Shown one piece after another: positions 17,735 through 27,055 of a DNA stretch of 64,000 bases. A program made the position numbers and the translations under genes. Each line of letters begins with the position of its first letter. Position 1 is the first letter of the stretch. Source of the stretch: an uncultured Gemmatimonadales bacterium (GTDB lineage: Bacteria > Gemmatimonadota > Gemmatimonadetes > Palauibacterales > Palauibacteraceae). The notes beneath the pieces are model-generated. The model was not told the DNA's origin, searched no databases, and saw nothing but the letters and a program-made list of their open reading frames with translations. The stretch spans positions 320,001 to 384,000 of the forward strand of contig CAWANJ010000001.1 in the NCBI GenBank assembly GCA_963783385.1, written 5' to 3'.

Positions 17735-18469
17735 TCAGGCGCGGCGCACGGCCACCGCGGCGGCCACGTTCCGGTCCACCGTGTGCCGGTGTCCGTCGAC
17801 CACGATGTCCAGCGATCCCTCGTCTCGGCCCGGTCCGATCACGGTCACGCGAGCACCCGGAAAGAGACCCACGGCCCCGGCCTCTCGCAAGCGGTCGGGC
17901 TGCTGGTCCTGTACCTCGCCGACCACGAAGGGCTCGTCGCGCGGGACCTCGAGGAGAGGACGGAGCGCGGTACGCTCCACCTTGCCGTCCGCGGCGGGGA
18001 TCGGTGAGCCGTGCGGATCGTGGTCCGGGCGACCCAGCGCCTCGTCCATGCGGGCGATGAGCTCGTCCGACGCAGCGTGCTCCAGCCGCTCGGCCTCGGC
18101 GTGGACCCCGTCCCACGCATATCCGAGCTTCTCGATCAGGTAGGACTCGAGCACGCGGTGACGCCGCAGGATGCGGAGGGCGGCCTCCCGTCCCTTGCCC
18201 GTGAGCCGCACCCCGTGATAGGGAGCGTGCTCCACCAGTCCTCGCGTGGCCAGCCCCTTGATCATGTTGGTGACCGACGGAGCCGCCCGCTCGAGGACGT
18301 CGGCCAGGTCCGACGTGGATACCGGACTCGAGGGCCGCTCCAGACGGTAGATGGCCTTCAGATAGTCCTCGGCGGCTCGCGATGCCGGCCGTCGTCCTTC
18401 CTCCGCGTCCCGAACCTCGCCCCGCACGCTCACCGTACCACCTCCTGTGTCCTCCGGGACCGACGTCAC
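17735..18469 (-). CDS. DtxR/MntR-family metal-dependent repressor with FeoA domain
   Basis: EDYLKAIY, RRHRVLESYL, VHAEAERLEH, DPHGSPIP, C-terminal GLFPGARV. Confidence 0.93.
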   Translation of the reverse strand: MTSVPEDTGGGTVSVRGEVRDAEEGRRPASRAAEDYLKAIYRLERPSSPVSTSDLADVLERAAPSVTNMIKGLATRGLVEHAPYHGVRLTGKGREAALRILRRHRVLESYLIEKLGYAWDGVHAEAERLEHAASDELIARMDEALGRPDHDPHGSPIPAADGKVERTALRPLLEVPRDEPFVVGEVQDQQPDRLREAGAVGLFPGARVTVIGPGRDEGSLDIVVDGHRHTVDRNVAAAVAVRRA

Positions 18470-19536
18470 TCCGGGAGAAAGCTCTCCTCGCCCGTCAGCC
18501 CCGCCAGGAACGTGGCGATGAGCTCGGCCGCTGCCTCGACGTCGGAGGCCGCCACCATCTGGCTGGGGCTGTGCATGTAACGATTAGGAACGGACACCAC
18601 CGCCGCGGCCACCCCGGAGCGCGAGGTGTACATGGAATCCGCATCGGTTCCCGTGGCCGAAGGCGCCGCGTGCACCTGGAGCGGGACGCCGGCCCGACCG
18701 GCCGCCTCCTTCAGCAGGCCGTAGAGCACCGGATTCACGACAGCGCCCCGCGTCAGCACCGGGCCGCCACCCATCTTGACGTCCCCGAACTCCTTCCTGT
18801 CCACGGACGGGTGGTCGGTGGCATGCGTCACGTCCACGGCCAGGGCAGCCACGGGATCGACCCCGTAGGTGCCCGTCGCTGCCCCGCCTCCGGAGCGGTA
18901 GCCGATCTCCTCCTGCGTGGTGGCCGCGGCCACGGCGCGGACGGCGAGGCCCTTCTCGGCTGCCCGGCGCAGGGCTTCCAGGACCACGAGCGCTCCGATC
19001 CGGTCATCGATGGAGCGCGCCGCGAACCGGTCGTTGGCGAGCTCCACCGTATCTCCATGGAGCACGGCCACGTCGCCCACCGAAACCCGGCTGCGCGCCT
19101 CGTCTCCGTCCCGCGCCCCGATGTCGATCCACAGGTCCTTGAGTTTGACGGCCTTCTCGCGCTCCTCGCGGTCGATGAGATGGATGGCCTTCCGGCCGAT
19201 CACGCCGGGTACGTCGCCGTCGTCGGTGAGGATCGCCAACCGCTGACCCACCAGCACCTGCGGATCCCATCCCCCGATGGGCTGCACATACAGGTACCCG
19301 TCGTCATCAATGTGGTGTACCATGAGGCCGATCTCGTCGATGTGACCGGCGACCATGATGCGCGGGGCGTCCTCGGGTCCCGACGCCGCGAAGCTGTTCC
19401 CGTGCACGTCCAGCCACACCTCATCCGCGAAGGTGGCCGCCTCTTCCCGCCACACGCGGGCCGGCATCGCCTCGGCGCCGGAAGGCCCCCGGGCATCCAG
19501 AAGCCGGGTGAGGAACTCACGCATCCTGTCGTTCAT
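18466..19536 (-). CDS. M42-family metalloaminopeptidase
   Basis: GPSGAE, AGHIDEIG, IGGWD, DDRIG, QEEIG, VDVTH, RYMHSP. Confidence 0.93.
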   Translation of the reverse strand: MNDRMREFLTRLLDARGPSGAEAMPARVWREEAATFADEVWLDVHGNSFAASGPEDAPRIMVAGHIDEIGLMVHHIDDDGYLYVQPIGGWDPQVLVGQRLAILTDDGDVPGVIGRKAIHLIDREEREKAVKLKDLWIDIGARDGDEARSRVSVGDVAVLHGDTVELANDRFAARSIDDRIGALVVLEALRRAAEKGLAVRAVAAATTQEEIGYRSGGGAATGTYGVDPVAALAVDVTHATDHPSVDRKEFGDVKMGGGPVLTRGAVVNPVLYGLLKEAAGRAGVPLQVHAAPSATGTDADSMYTSRSGVAAAVVSVPNRYMHSPSQMVAASDVEAAAELIATFLAGLTGEESFLPE

Positions 19537-19692
19537 GGCATCGCCGTCGTCTGGTGGGAGTGGTTCCTCGCGGCCACGTCTCGCCGACCCAGCGCGCGGT
19601 GCGCCCCCGCATGCTCACGTACCCCTCGCCCGCACGGTCGCCGGCCTCGCCAGCCGCGAAGCTGTGCAAGGCTACGTGACGGGCCGCGGGTG

Positions 19693-19708
19693 AGCAAGGC
19701 CCGGGCCA
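19693..19708 (-). promoter_or_regulatory. Putative sigma-54 promoter heading the long minus-strand gene run
   Basis: Minus strand TGGCCCGGGCCTTGCT, one mismatch from TGGCACG-N4-TTGCW, with an AT-rich patch immediately upstream (19711-19732). Confidence 0.65.
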
Positions 19709-20073
19709 CCATAGAAGATTTCAAATATTGTCTCGCCACTATCGACCGGGCCGGTCGGGACCGGCCGGCGAGGCGAACAGCGAGTCGTCGAGGGAGGATT
19801 CATCGTCAGGTCGCTGATCCGAAGCTCCTTCGTCGCCCCTCCCCGCCCGTCCACGTAGCGACGGGTCCCTCCCGCTGGCGCGATCCCGACGATCGCCCTC
19901 GCCGGCCCTCGCCGGCCCCAACGTACGCCGTGCCCCGGCGGAGTCAACGTCGGAGCCAGGATCGGACTCCCTGCGTCGAGCGCGACTATTGCATGTCTAT
20001 CAATGATTGTTCAGTGTTCTATCATCGACTTATCGACACCCGACCACAGTCCGAATCAACGGAGCGACGTGGC

Positions 20074-20475
20074 ATGGCCAAGACGATCGACAGTGTAATG
20101 TCCATGGTGGAGGCGGAGCTCAAGAAGAACTCCAATGTCTCGAACGAGACACTGTTCCAGAAGGCGCAGAAGATCGACGGCTCGATCAAGGACCTCACCC
20201 TGCGCCAGTTTCACGCCCGCTATCCGCTGCAGGTCAAGCGCCGGAGGGCGGCCTCCAGCGGCCGTCGGAAGAGCCGCAAGAAGGCGCGGCCAGGCACCCG
20301 GGCGAAGACGGCGGCCACGCCCGACGCGGGTCGACAGGCCGTACGCGACGTGCTGCTGCGCTTCGCCCGGGACGTGAGCGCCGCCAATGGCAAGGCCGCA
20401 ATGATCGACCTGGTGACCGGGCTGGACAAGTACGTGGACCAGGTCCTGCGAGCCGCGGACGGCGCCCGGCGCTGA
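20074..20475 (+). CDS. Small basic hypothetical protein (133 aa), possible DNA-binding protein
   Basis: GGAG RBS; MAKTIDSVMSMVEAELKK...LRQFHARYPLQVKRRRAASSGRRKSRKKAR...LDKYVDQVL; AT-rich upstream region; downstream hairpins. Confidence 0.8.
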   Translation: MAKTIDSVMSMVEAELKKNSNVSNETLFQKAQKIDGSIKDLTLRQFHARYPLQVKRRRAASSGRRKSRKKARPGTRAKTAATPDAGRQAVRDVLLRFARDVSAANGKAAMIDLVTGLDKYVDQVLRAADGARR

Positions 20476-20534
20476 CCATCACGCGCGGCCCTGTTTCGGC
20501 CGCGCCCGGAGTCCGTCGGTCGAGCGACCGACTA

Positions 20535-20571
20535 CGGGAGCCCCCGGGCCGAGCGGCCGCGGGGGCTCCCG
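20535..20571. terminator. Hairpin between convergent genes
   Basis: CGGGAGCCCCC...GGGGGCTCCCG inverted repeat; no U-tract. Confidence 0.55.
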
Positions 20572-20575
20572 CGCT

Positions 20576-21820
20576 TCACTCGTAGCGCAGGGATTCCACC
20601 GGGTCGACCGCCGCCGCCTTCCGGGCCGGCAGGATGCCGGCTACGAGCCCGATGACCACCAGGATGCCCACCGAGATGAACGCGATGGGCCAGGAGAGTC
20701 GGGGGTTGAGGAGATAGACGAGGGCCGGATTCCCGGCGGGCACGGCGTCCACGCCGACCACGATGAGGCAGGCGATCAGCAGGCCCACCAGCCCGCCCGC
20801 CAGCGCCAGGAGCAGGGCCTCGAACACGAACTGGCCGACAATGTGCCGCCGTCGCGCCCCGATGGCCAGCTTGACGCCGATCTCCGGCGTGCGCTCCCGC
20901 ACCACCACCACCATCACGTTGGCCAGCCCCACTCCCGCCACCACCAGCGTGAACGCCCCCACGAGCCCGAGGAAGATCTGGATCCCCAGGCCGATGGCCC
21001 GGTTCTGTTTCGCGTCCTCAATGAAGTCCCAGATCCCCAGCGCGTGGGTGTCCGCCGCCGCGAACCGGTGGCGCGCCCCGAGCACCCGGAAGATCTCCCG
21101 CTTCACGAACGCCGCCTGGTTCACGTCCCGCGGCCGGACCAGGAGGTGGTCGACGTAGCGGTCCCCGTAGATGGAGCGGAAGGTGGACGCCGGGATGATG
21201 GCGCGCTCGGCGTCCGGACCGTTGTTCTGGCTGTCCTGGAACTTGGTCTCCATGACGCCCACAACCGTGAACGGCAGCCCATCGAGATTCACCGTCCGCC
21301 CCACCGGATGCCCGCCCGGGAACAGCCTGGCGGCGATGGAGTCCCCCAGGAAGAGCGATCGCCGCCGCTCCGTCAGGTCCTTCTCGTCCAGGAAGCGGCC
21401 GCCGGCCGCCGGGTACATGTGCCGCATGTCCCCGAAGGAGGGATCGACGCCCTCCATGTAGGTGTTCGTTCGTATGCCGTCGACCTCCAGACTCGTCCTC
21501 CCGCGACCATACGAGGGGCTGACCATGTCCACGTCGGGGATGGAGCGCTTCAGGAGGGTGAGGTCCTCCTCGGTGAGGCGGATCCTGCGGCCGCGCGGCA
21601 GCCCCTCGAAGGGCTGGCTGGTGGTGCCGCCCCAGATCATGAACATCTTCTCGCCGGCGTTGAGGAGCCCGGTCGTCACCTCGTGCTTGAGCCCCTCCCC
21701 GAACGCCAGGAGGAGGACGACGGACATACTGCCCCACACGACCGCGAAGGTGGTGAGCAGGGCGCGCGTCTTCTGCGCCACCAGGTCACCCCAGAACTCC
21801 TCGAGCAGGATGCGCCACAT
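20576..21820 (-). CDS. MacB/FtsX-family ABC permease
   Basis: GVGLANVMVVVVRERTPEIGVKLAIGA, PARKAAAVDPVESLRYE. Confidence 0.93.
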   Translation of the reverse strand: MWRILLEEFWGDLVAQKTRALLTTFAVVWGSMSVVLLLAFGEGLKHEVTTGLLNAGEKMFMIWGGTTSQPFEGLPRGRRIRLTEEDLTLLKRSIPDVDMVSPSYGRGRTSLEVDGIRTNTYMEGVDPSFGDMRHMYPAAGGRFLDEKDLTERRRSLFLGDSIAARLFPGGHPVGRTVNLDGLPFTVVGVMETKFQDSQNNGPDAERAIIPASTFRSIYGDRYVDHLLVRPRDVNQAAFVKREIFRVLGARHRFAAADTHALGIWDFIEDAKQNRAIGLGIQIFLGLVGAFTLVVAGVGLANVMVVVVRERTPEIGVKLAIGARRRHIVGQFVFEALLLALAGGLVGLLIACLIVVGVDAVPAGNPALVYLLNPRLSWPIAFISVGILVVIGLVAGILPARKAAAVDPVESLRYE

Positions 21821-21828
21821 GGCTCAGC

Positions 21829-23061
21829 TCACGTGCGCAGGCATTCGACCGGGTCCAGCGCCGCCGCCCGGCGGGCGGGGAACAGGCCGGCCAGGAAGCC
21901 AATGAGGCCGAGGAGCGACACCGTGGCCACCAGCACCGGGACGGAGATGACGGGCGTCCCCACGAATTCCTGCATCGGGACGAGTCCGAGCAGCTTCACG
22001 ATTCCCACCGAGAGGCAGAGCCCGCACAGAGCGCCCAGGCCGACGATCGCGAAGGTCTCGGCGAAGAAGGCACCCAGGATGTCGCGAGACCGGGCCCCCA
22101 CCGAGCGGCGGATCCCGATCTCCCGCGTTCTCTCCCGCACCACGATGTACATGATGTTGGCCACGCCCACGCCGCCGACGCTCAGCGTGAAGGAGCCCAC
22201 CAGCGCGAAGAACAGGTTGAAGCCCAGGAAGAGGTAGGAGAACTGCTTCTCCCAGTAGCTGGTGTCCCACACGCCGAGGGCGTCCTTGTCCGTGGGATCG
22301 AACTTGTACTTCCGGCCGAGAATCTCGTACACCTGCTTCTCGACGCCCTTCGTGACCAGGGGATCGCGCGTGCGGTAGACCAAGTTGCCAATGTACTGGT
22401 GGCCGAGCACGGCCCGGTGGGTGCTGGCCGGAATGAAGATGCGGTCCTTGTCCCGCCCGTTGTACGAGGAGTTCTGCTGCTTGGGCTGCATGACCCCGAT
22501 CACGGTGAACGGCACGTCGCCCACGTACACCCGCTTGCCCAGGGCGGGAGAGTCCCCGAACAGGAGCTGGGCGAGCTCGTCCCCCAGCACCGCCACCCGA
22601 CGACGCTGGGCCTCGTCCAGCCGATCAATGAAGCGACCGCCCGGAGCCGGAATGACGTTCCGAAGCCGGCTGTAGACGGGATAGACGCCGGTGATGTTCG
22701 GGTTGGCCGAGTGGGACCCGTAGCGCACCGGGACGCTCCTGTCACTGTACTCGGGGCTGATCTCGACGATGTCGGGGATCTGCCGCTGGAGGAGGTCCAC
22801 GTCCTCCTCGCGCAGGTGGATGGTACGACCGTCGGGGAAGCCCTCGTAGGGCCTGGTCGTGCGCCCCCCGAACAGGAGGACAATGCGGTCGCCGAGACCG
22901 TGGAAGCGCTTGATCGTCTGGCGCTCCAGCCCGACCCCGAACGCCAGCAGGACCACGACGGACACCGTGCCCCAGGCGATGCCGAGCACGGTGAGCGACG
23001 TGCGCAGGCGCTGGTGGCCCAGGTCCCACATTAGGTCCCGGAGGACGGCACGAAGGCGCAT
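21829..23061 (-). CDS. MacB/FtsX-family ABC permease
   Basis: LTVLGIAWG, GVGVANIMYIVVRERTREIGIRRSVGA, PARRAAALDPVECLR. Confidence 0.93.
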   Translation of the reverse strand: MRLRAVLRDLMWDLGHQRLRTSLTVLGIAWGTVSVVVLLAFGVGLERQTIKRFHGLGDRIVLLFGGRTTRPYEGFPDGRTIHLREEDVDLLQRQIPDIVEISPEYSDRSVPVRYGSHSANPNITGVYPVYSRLRNVIPAPGGRFIDRLDEAQRRRVAVLGDELAQLLFGDSPALGKRVYVGDVPFTVIGVMQPKQQNSSYNGRDKDRIFIPASTHRAVLGHQYIGNLVYRTRDPLVTKGVEKQVYEILGRKYKFDPTDKDALGVWDTSYWEKQFSYLFLGFNLFFALVGSFTLSVGGVGVANIMYIVVRERTREIGIRRSVGARSRDILGAFFAETFAIVGLGALCGLCLSVGIVKLLGLVPMQEFVGTPVISVPVLVATVSLLGLIGFLAGLFPARRAAALDPVECLRT

Positions 23062-23068
23062 GGACGGC

Positions 23069-24160
23069 CTACTCGATCTTGCGGGTCGGCTTCTCGAGCA
23101 CCCGGTCGCCCTCGGACAGGCCCGAGACGACCTCGATCTGGATCGCGTCGCTCAGTCCGGTCCGGATGGCCCTCTGGTCCGTCTGCCCGTCGGCGAGCTG
23201 CACGGTCACCCAGGCCGAGTCTCCCTCGAAGCTGACGACCCTCTCGGGGATCGAGAGGACGCTGTCGCGGCGGGCCACAATGATCTCGGCGTTGGCCGAA
23301 TAGCCCGCCCGCAGGTGCTGGGCGCTGTCCGGATCCAGCGCGATCTCTACCGGGAACACGGTGGCGTTCTCCTCCTTCTTGGCCTTGGGGAAGATCTTGG
23401 TCACGGTGCCGGTCACGTGGGCGTCCGGGAGAGCGCCGATCTTGATGTCGGCCTTCATCCCCTCCCGCAGCTTGCCGACGTCGATCTCGTCCACGGTGCC
23501 CCGGAACAGCAGGCTCTTCATGGACGCCATCGTCATGACGGCGGTGCCCTCCTGGTAGGTGGTGAGGGGCACCACGGGGTCGCCGATCTCGACGCTCTTG
23601 GTGAGCACGATGCCGTCGATCGGGGCCCGGACGACGGTCTCCACGTCCCCGGCCGAGCTCCGGACGCGCCCCTTCTCGAGCAGCGCCAGGCGCTCGCGGG
23701 CCAGCTGCAGCTGGAGCCTGGCCTGCTCGTACTTCTGCTGTGCCGCCTCGAACTCCTCGGCCGTGATGAACTGCTCCTTCCGGAGCGGACCGAGCCGGTC
23801 GTAGTCCTTCTTGGCCTGGTCCAGGGTCACCGTCTGGATCTCGACCTGGCGCCGGGCCTCGACGAGCTCGAGGGGCGTGGGGTTGGGGCGGATCTCGAGC
23901 AGCGGGGTCCCGGCACGCACCTGCTTGCCGACGTCCGCATAGATCTTCTGGACGACGCCGGCAAGCTGGGACTTGACGTCCACCTCGACATCGGGCTCGA
24001 TCGTCCCGACCGCGAGCGCCTTCTCGACGATATCCTGGCGGCCCACCGTCACCACGCTGGCGCCGGCGTGACCGCCGTCCTCCGAGACGACCGCGGCCAC
24101 GACGGCGCCCGCCGTGAGCACGACGAGGCCGCCGACAATGATCCCCGTACGTCGCTTCAT
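23069..24160 (-). CDS. MacA-like periplasmic adaptor (efflux MFP) subunit
   Basis: N-terminal TM anchor, GTIEP, helical hairpin, RAPIDGIV, VDEIDVGKL, LRAGYSANAEI, TGLSD. Confidence 0.92.
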   Translation of the reverse strand: MKRRTGIIVGGLVVLTAGAVVAAVVSEDGGHAGASVVTVGRQDIVEKALAVGTIEPDVEVDVKSQLAGVVQKIYADVGKQVRAGTPLLEIRPNPTPLELVEARRQVEIQTVTLDQAKKDYDRLGPLRKEQFITAEEFEAAQQKYEQARLQLQLARERLALLEKGRVRSSAGDVETVVRAPIDGIVLTKSVEIGDPVVPLTTYQEGTAVMTMASMKSLLFRGTVDEIDVGKLREGMKADIKIGALPDAHVTGTVTKIFPKAKKEENATVFPVEIALDPDSAQHLRAGYSANAEIIVARRDSVLSIPERVVSFEGDSAWVTVQLADGQTDQRAIRTGLSDAIQIEVVSGLSEGDRVLEKPTRKIE

Positions 24161-24358
24161 GGTCTGGATCCGATCTTCCATCCCGCGAGGAGCGCGGCGA
24201 TTCGACGCCGGGGGAGCGCACGGCCGCGGGCCTATCCGGCGCGCCCCCGGGAGGGGCCGCTGGGGCCGCCTCTGCCGGACGCACCTCCGTACGGAAACGG
24301 GATCCGGAAAGATTCAGGGACTTCCCGGGGGAGAGGAGGGTCCCCGGCGAGCGGGCGT

Positions 24359-25540
24359 CTAGCCTCCGGAGGCCTCCGCCTCCAGGATCCGCAGCAGGGC
24401 GTCGACGTCGGCCTGGTCGTTGTAGACGTGGGGCGCGACCCGGAGCCCGTCTCCCCGCCTGGACACGAGGACCCGGGCCTCGGCCAGGCGGCGCTGCACG
24501 CGCTCGATCTCCCAGCCGGAGGGCAGCCGGAGCCCGACAATGTTGGAGCAGCGGCCCTCGTCGGACTCTACGGTGCAGCCCAGGGCGGCGGCGCCGGCCG
24601 CCGCCCTGGAGGTGAGCGGCGCGCAGTGGCCCGCGACGGCGGCCACGCCCCACTCCGACAGCAGCTCGAGGGCGGTGGCCAGCATGGGGGCCAGGATGAA
24701 GGTCGAGTGCCCGCCCGCGTCGAGCCGGCTGGCGTCGGGGCGATACGCCTCGCGGTAGTCCACCAGGGCGGCGAAGTCCTCGCTCCCCTCCCGGGCCATC
24801 CACGACTCCTCAATGGGCCGCGCGTCCTCGAAGCGCGGACCCAGCCACACGACGCTCAGGCCGTAGGGCCCCAGCAGCCACTTGTAGCCCGCGCACAGCA
24901 CGACGTCGGGCCGGATGCGCGCGACGTCGAACGGATGGGCCCCCACCGTCTGCGTCCCGTCGATGACGAAGGCGGCGCCGACCTCCCGTGCCCTGCGGCC
25001 GATGGCCTCCAGGTCGAACAGGGTCCCGTCCGCCCAGTGTGCCTGGGGGAGGGCCACCAGCGCGGTGCGTGCATCGATCGACGCCAGGATCCGCTCCGAC
25101 CAGGTCCGGGCCGACCGGACCAGGCCCTCCCCGCCCGCCGCGGAAGCGGGCCGGGCCACCCTCACCAGCTCGGCCCGCTCACGACGGGCGAGCGCATCCC
25201 AGGCGTAGACGTGGCTCGGGAACTGGCCTTCCACCAGCACGACGCTGCGGCCCGGGCCCAGCTCCAGGTTCCGGGCCACGACGGCCGCCCCGTAGGAGAC
25301 CGCCGGCACGACCGCCACCCGCCCGGGACGGTCGTCGCCCAGGAGCCCCGCGAACGCGCTCCGGATGCGGTCGGCGTGCCGGAAGAAGTCCTCCACCCCG
25401 AGGGTCCACGGCGCCCGCTCGTGCGCCATTCCCTCGAGTCCGGCCTCCTCGACCACCCGGGGAAGCGGCGTCATGTAGGCGGCGTTCAGGTAGTGGATGT
25501 CCTCCGGGAGAGAGAAGGCACCGTCGTACGGCTTCGGCAT
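24359..25540 (-). CDS. Class V PLP-dependent aminotransferase/lyase
   Basis: YLNAAYM, QFPSHVY, DGTQTVG, PLP lysine AGYKWLLGPYG, LRVAPHVYN. Confidence 0.88.
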   Translation of the reverse strand: MPKPYDGAFSLPEDIHYLNAAYMTPLPRVVEEAGLEGMAHERAPWTLGVEDFFRHADRIRSAFAGLLGDDRPGRVAVVPAVSYGAAVVARNLELGPGRSVVLVEGQFPSHVYAWDALARRERAELVRVARPASAAGGEGLVRSARTWSERILASIDARTALVALPQAHWADGTLFDLEAIGRRAREVGAAFVIDGTQTVGAHPFDVARIRPDVVLCAGYKWLLGPYGLSVVWLGPRFEDARPIEESWMAREGSEDFAALVDYREAYRPDASRLDAGGHSTFILAPMLATALELLSEWGVAAVAGHCAPLTSRAAAGAAALGCTVESDEGRCSNIVGLRLPSGWEIERVQRRLAEARVLVSRRGDGLRVAPHVYNDQADVDALLRILEAEASGG

Positions 25541-25666
25541 GGCGACCTCGGCGCGGGGGAGAAGGTGACTACGGTCCGACACAGTAGAGCCGCGCGCGGC
25601 GAGCCTCAACGGGCGGCCGGTCCGCTCGCTCGACGGCCTGGCGCGCCCGGCGTGGGAAGAACCTCG

Positions 25667-27055
25667 CTATCCCCCGAAGGCGGCCTTCCCGACCACGACC
25701 CGCGTGCGGTGCCGCGAGCCGTGCACGCCGGCGGCGGCGGCGCCCGCCGCGCCCGACGGCGGGACGTCCGTCCACGCGCCGTAGGCCACGCCGGCGCGCA
25801 CATCCACGCCGGTATAGTCTCCGAGGAACTCTCCGGCCGGCCGGAAGGGCGCCGCGCTCCACTGTTGATGGGAGAAGGTGGCGCCGCCGTCGGCGGACCA
25901 GGCCAGCCTGTAGCGCAGCGACGGCTCGCCTCCCGCCGACGGCTCGCCGCGGTAGTAGCCTGTCACTACGAGCCCCGTCACCGGGTCCACGCTCGTCCAG
26001 GCGAAGAAGTGGTCGGTCCCCGAACCGGGGGCGTCGCCACTCACCACGACCGGTTCCGACCAGGTCCTCCCACGATCGGTCGACGTCACCAGGTAGACGT
26101 CGGCCTCCCCGGCACTCCGATCGACCCAGGTCACGTACAGCTTGCCCGAGCGGGGATCGAGCTCCAGCGACGGGTATCCGTTGGCTCGCGCCACGCCCCG
26201 TACGGGGAACACGATGGGGCCCGTCGCCCGGATGCGGCGGTCGCGCCCGAAGGTGCGGCCACCGTCGTGGGAACGGTCCACGAGGAGACCGGTCGAATCG
26301 CTCCACACCACGTACACCGTGCCGCCGGGACCGACCGCCAGATCGGTGCCTTCGTCGGCGCCCAGGGTGTCCTGCGGCGAGCCGGGGGCGTCGCTGATCT
26401 CGATCGGCGCGCTGAAGCTCTCGCCCCCGTTCGTCGAGCGGGCGAAGCGGATGCCCGAGCTCGCCGACCGGAACTGCGTCCAGGCCACGTACAGGTTCCC
26501 GTGCCAGGGAGAGTCCGACCACCGGTCCGTGGTCATCATCGGCTTGTCCTCGAACGGGATCCCGGGCGCCTCGCCGTGCTCGACCACGGCCGACGGGTCG
26601 CTCCAGCTGCGACCGCCGTCGCCCGAGCGGCCGACAAAGATCCCGTTCCGGTGGGCGGCCCGGCCCAGGAACCGGTAGTCGTCCGGCCGGTCGAAGGCGA
26701 TGAACAGGGCGAAGGCGCGTCCCTCCCCGTCGAAGGTCACGACCGGATCGCCGGCCAGCTCCCACCGGCCGGTGCCGGGCAGGACCACGCTCTTCCAGGT
26801 GGCCCCGGCGTCGGCCGACCAGGCCACCGTGGCCGGGACCTGCCACGAGGCGAGGACACCGCCGGGACGGACGGGATCGATGGCCACGGATGTCTCGTTG
26901 TGGTAGCCGGGACCGCTCACCGCCACCGAGGACACCCGCGGCCGGGCGCCGGCCGGGAGACCCGGCCACGCGACCGGCCCTCCTCCGGCGCAGCCGACCA
27001 ATGCGGCGAGCCCCCAGGCCGCCGCGACCCGCACCGCCCCTCGGAGCGCCCTCAT
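25667..27055 (-). CDS. BNR/Asp-box (sialidase-like beta-propeller) lipoprotein
   Basis: Own ATG at 27055 overlapping the upstream TGA; lipobox LVGC; repeated S-x-D-x-G-x-[TS]-[WF] boxes; FLGDYTG near the C-terminus. Confidence 0.85.
   Translation of the reverse strand: MRALRGAVRVAAAWGLAALVGCAGGGPVAWPGLPAGARPRVSSVAVSGPGYHNETSVAIDPVRPGGVLASWQVPATVAWSADAGATWKSVVLPGTGRWELAGDPVVTFDGEGRAFALFIAFDRPDDYRFLGRAAHRNGIFVGRSGDGGRSWSDPSAVVEHGEAPGIPFEDKPMMTTDRWSDSPWHGNLYVAWTQFRSASSGIRFARSTNGGESFSAPIEISDAPGSPQDTLGADEGTDLAVGPGGTVYVVWSDSTGLLVDRSHDGGRTFGRDRRIRATGPIVFPVRGVARANGYPSLELDPRSGKLYVTWVDRSAGEADVYLVTSTDRGRTWSEPVVVSGDAPGSGTDHFFAWTSVDPVTGLVVTGYYRGEPSAGGEPSLRYRLAWSADGGATFSHQQWSAAPFRPAGEFLGDYTGVDVRAGVAYGAWTDVPPSGAAGAAAAGVHGSRHRTRVVVGKAAFGG

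Noticed and set aside
19533-19947. Short minus-strand ORFs upstream of the M42 peptidase
   Set aside because: They overlap the promoter and AT-rich region, lack a clear RBS and have no protein-like motifs.
24359-25540. Class V PLP enzyme as the kynureninase of the Trp pathway
   Set aside because: It is about 30 kb from kynA, and a better candidate directly follows kynA; its substrate remains unknown.
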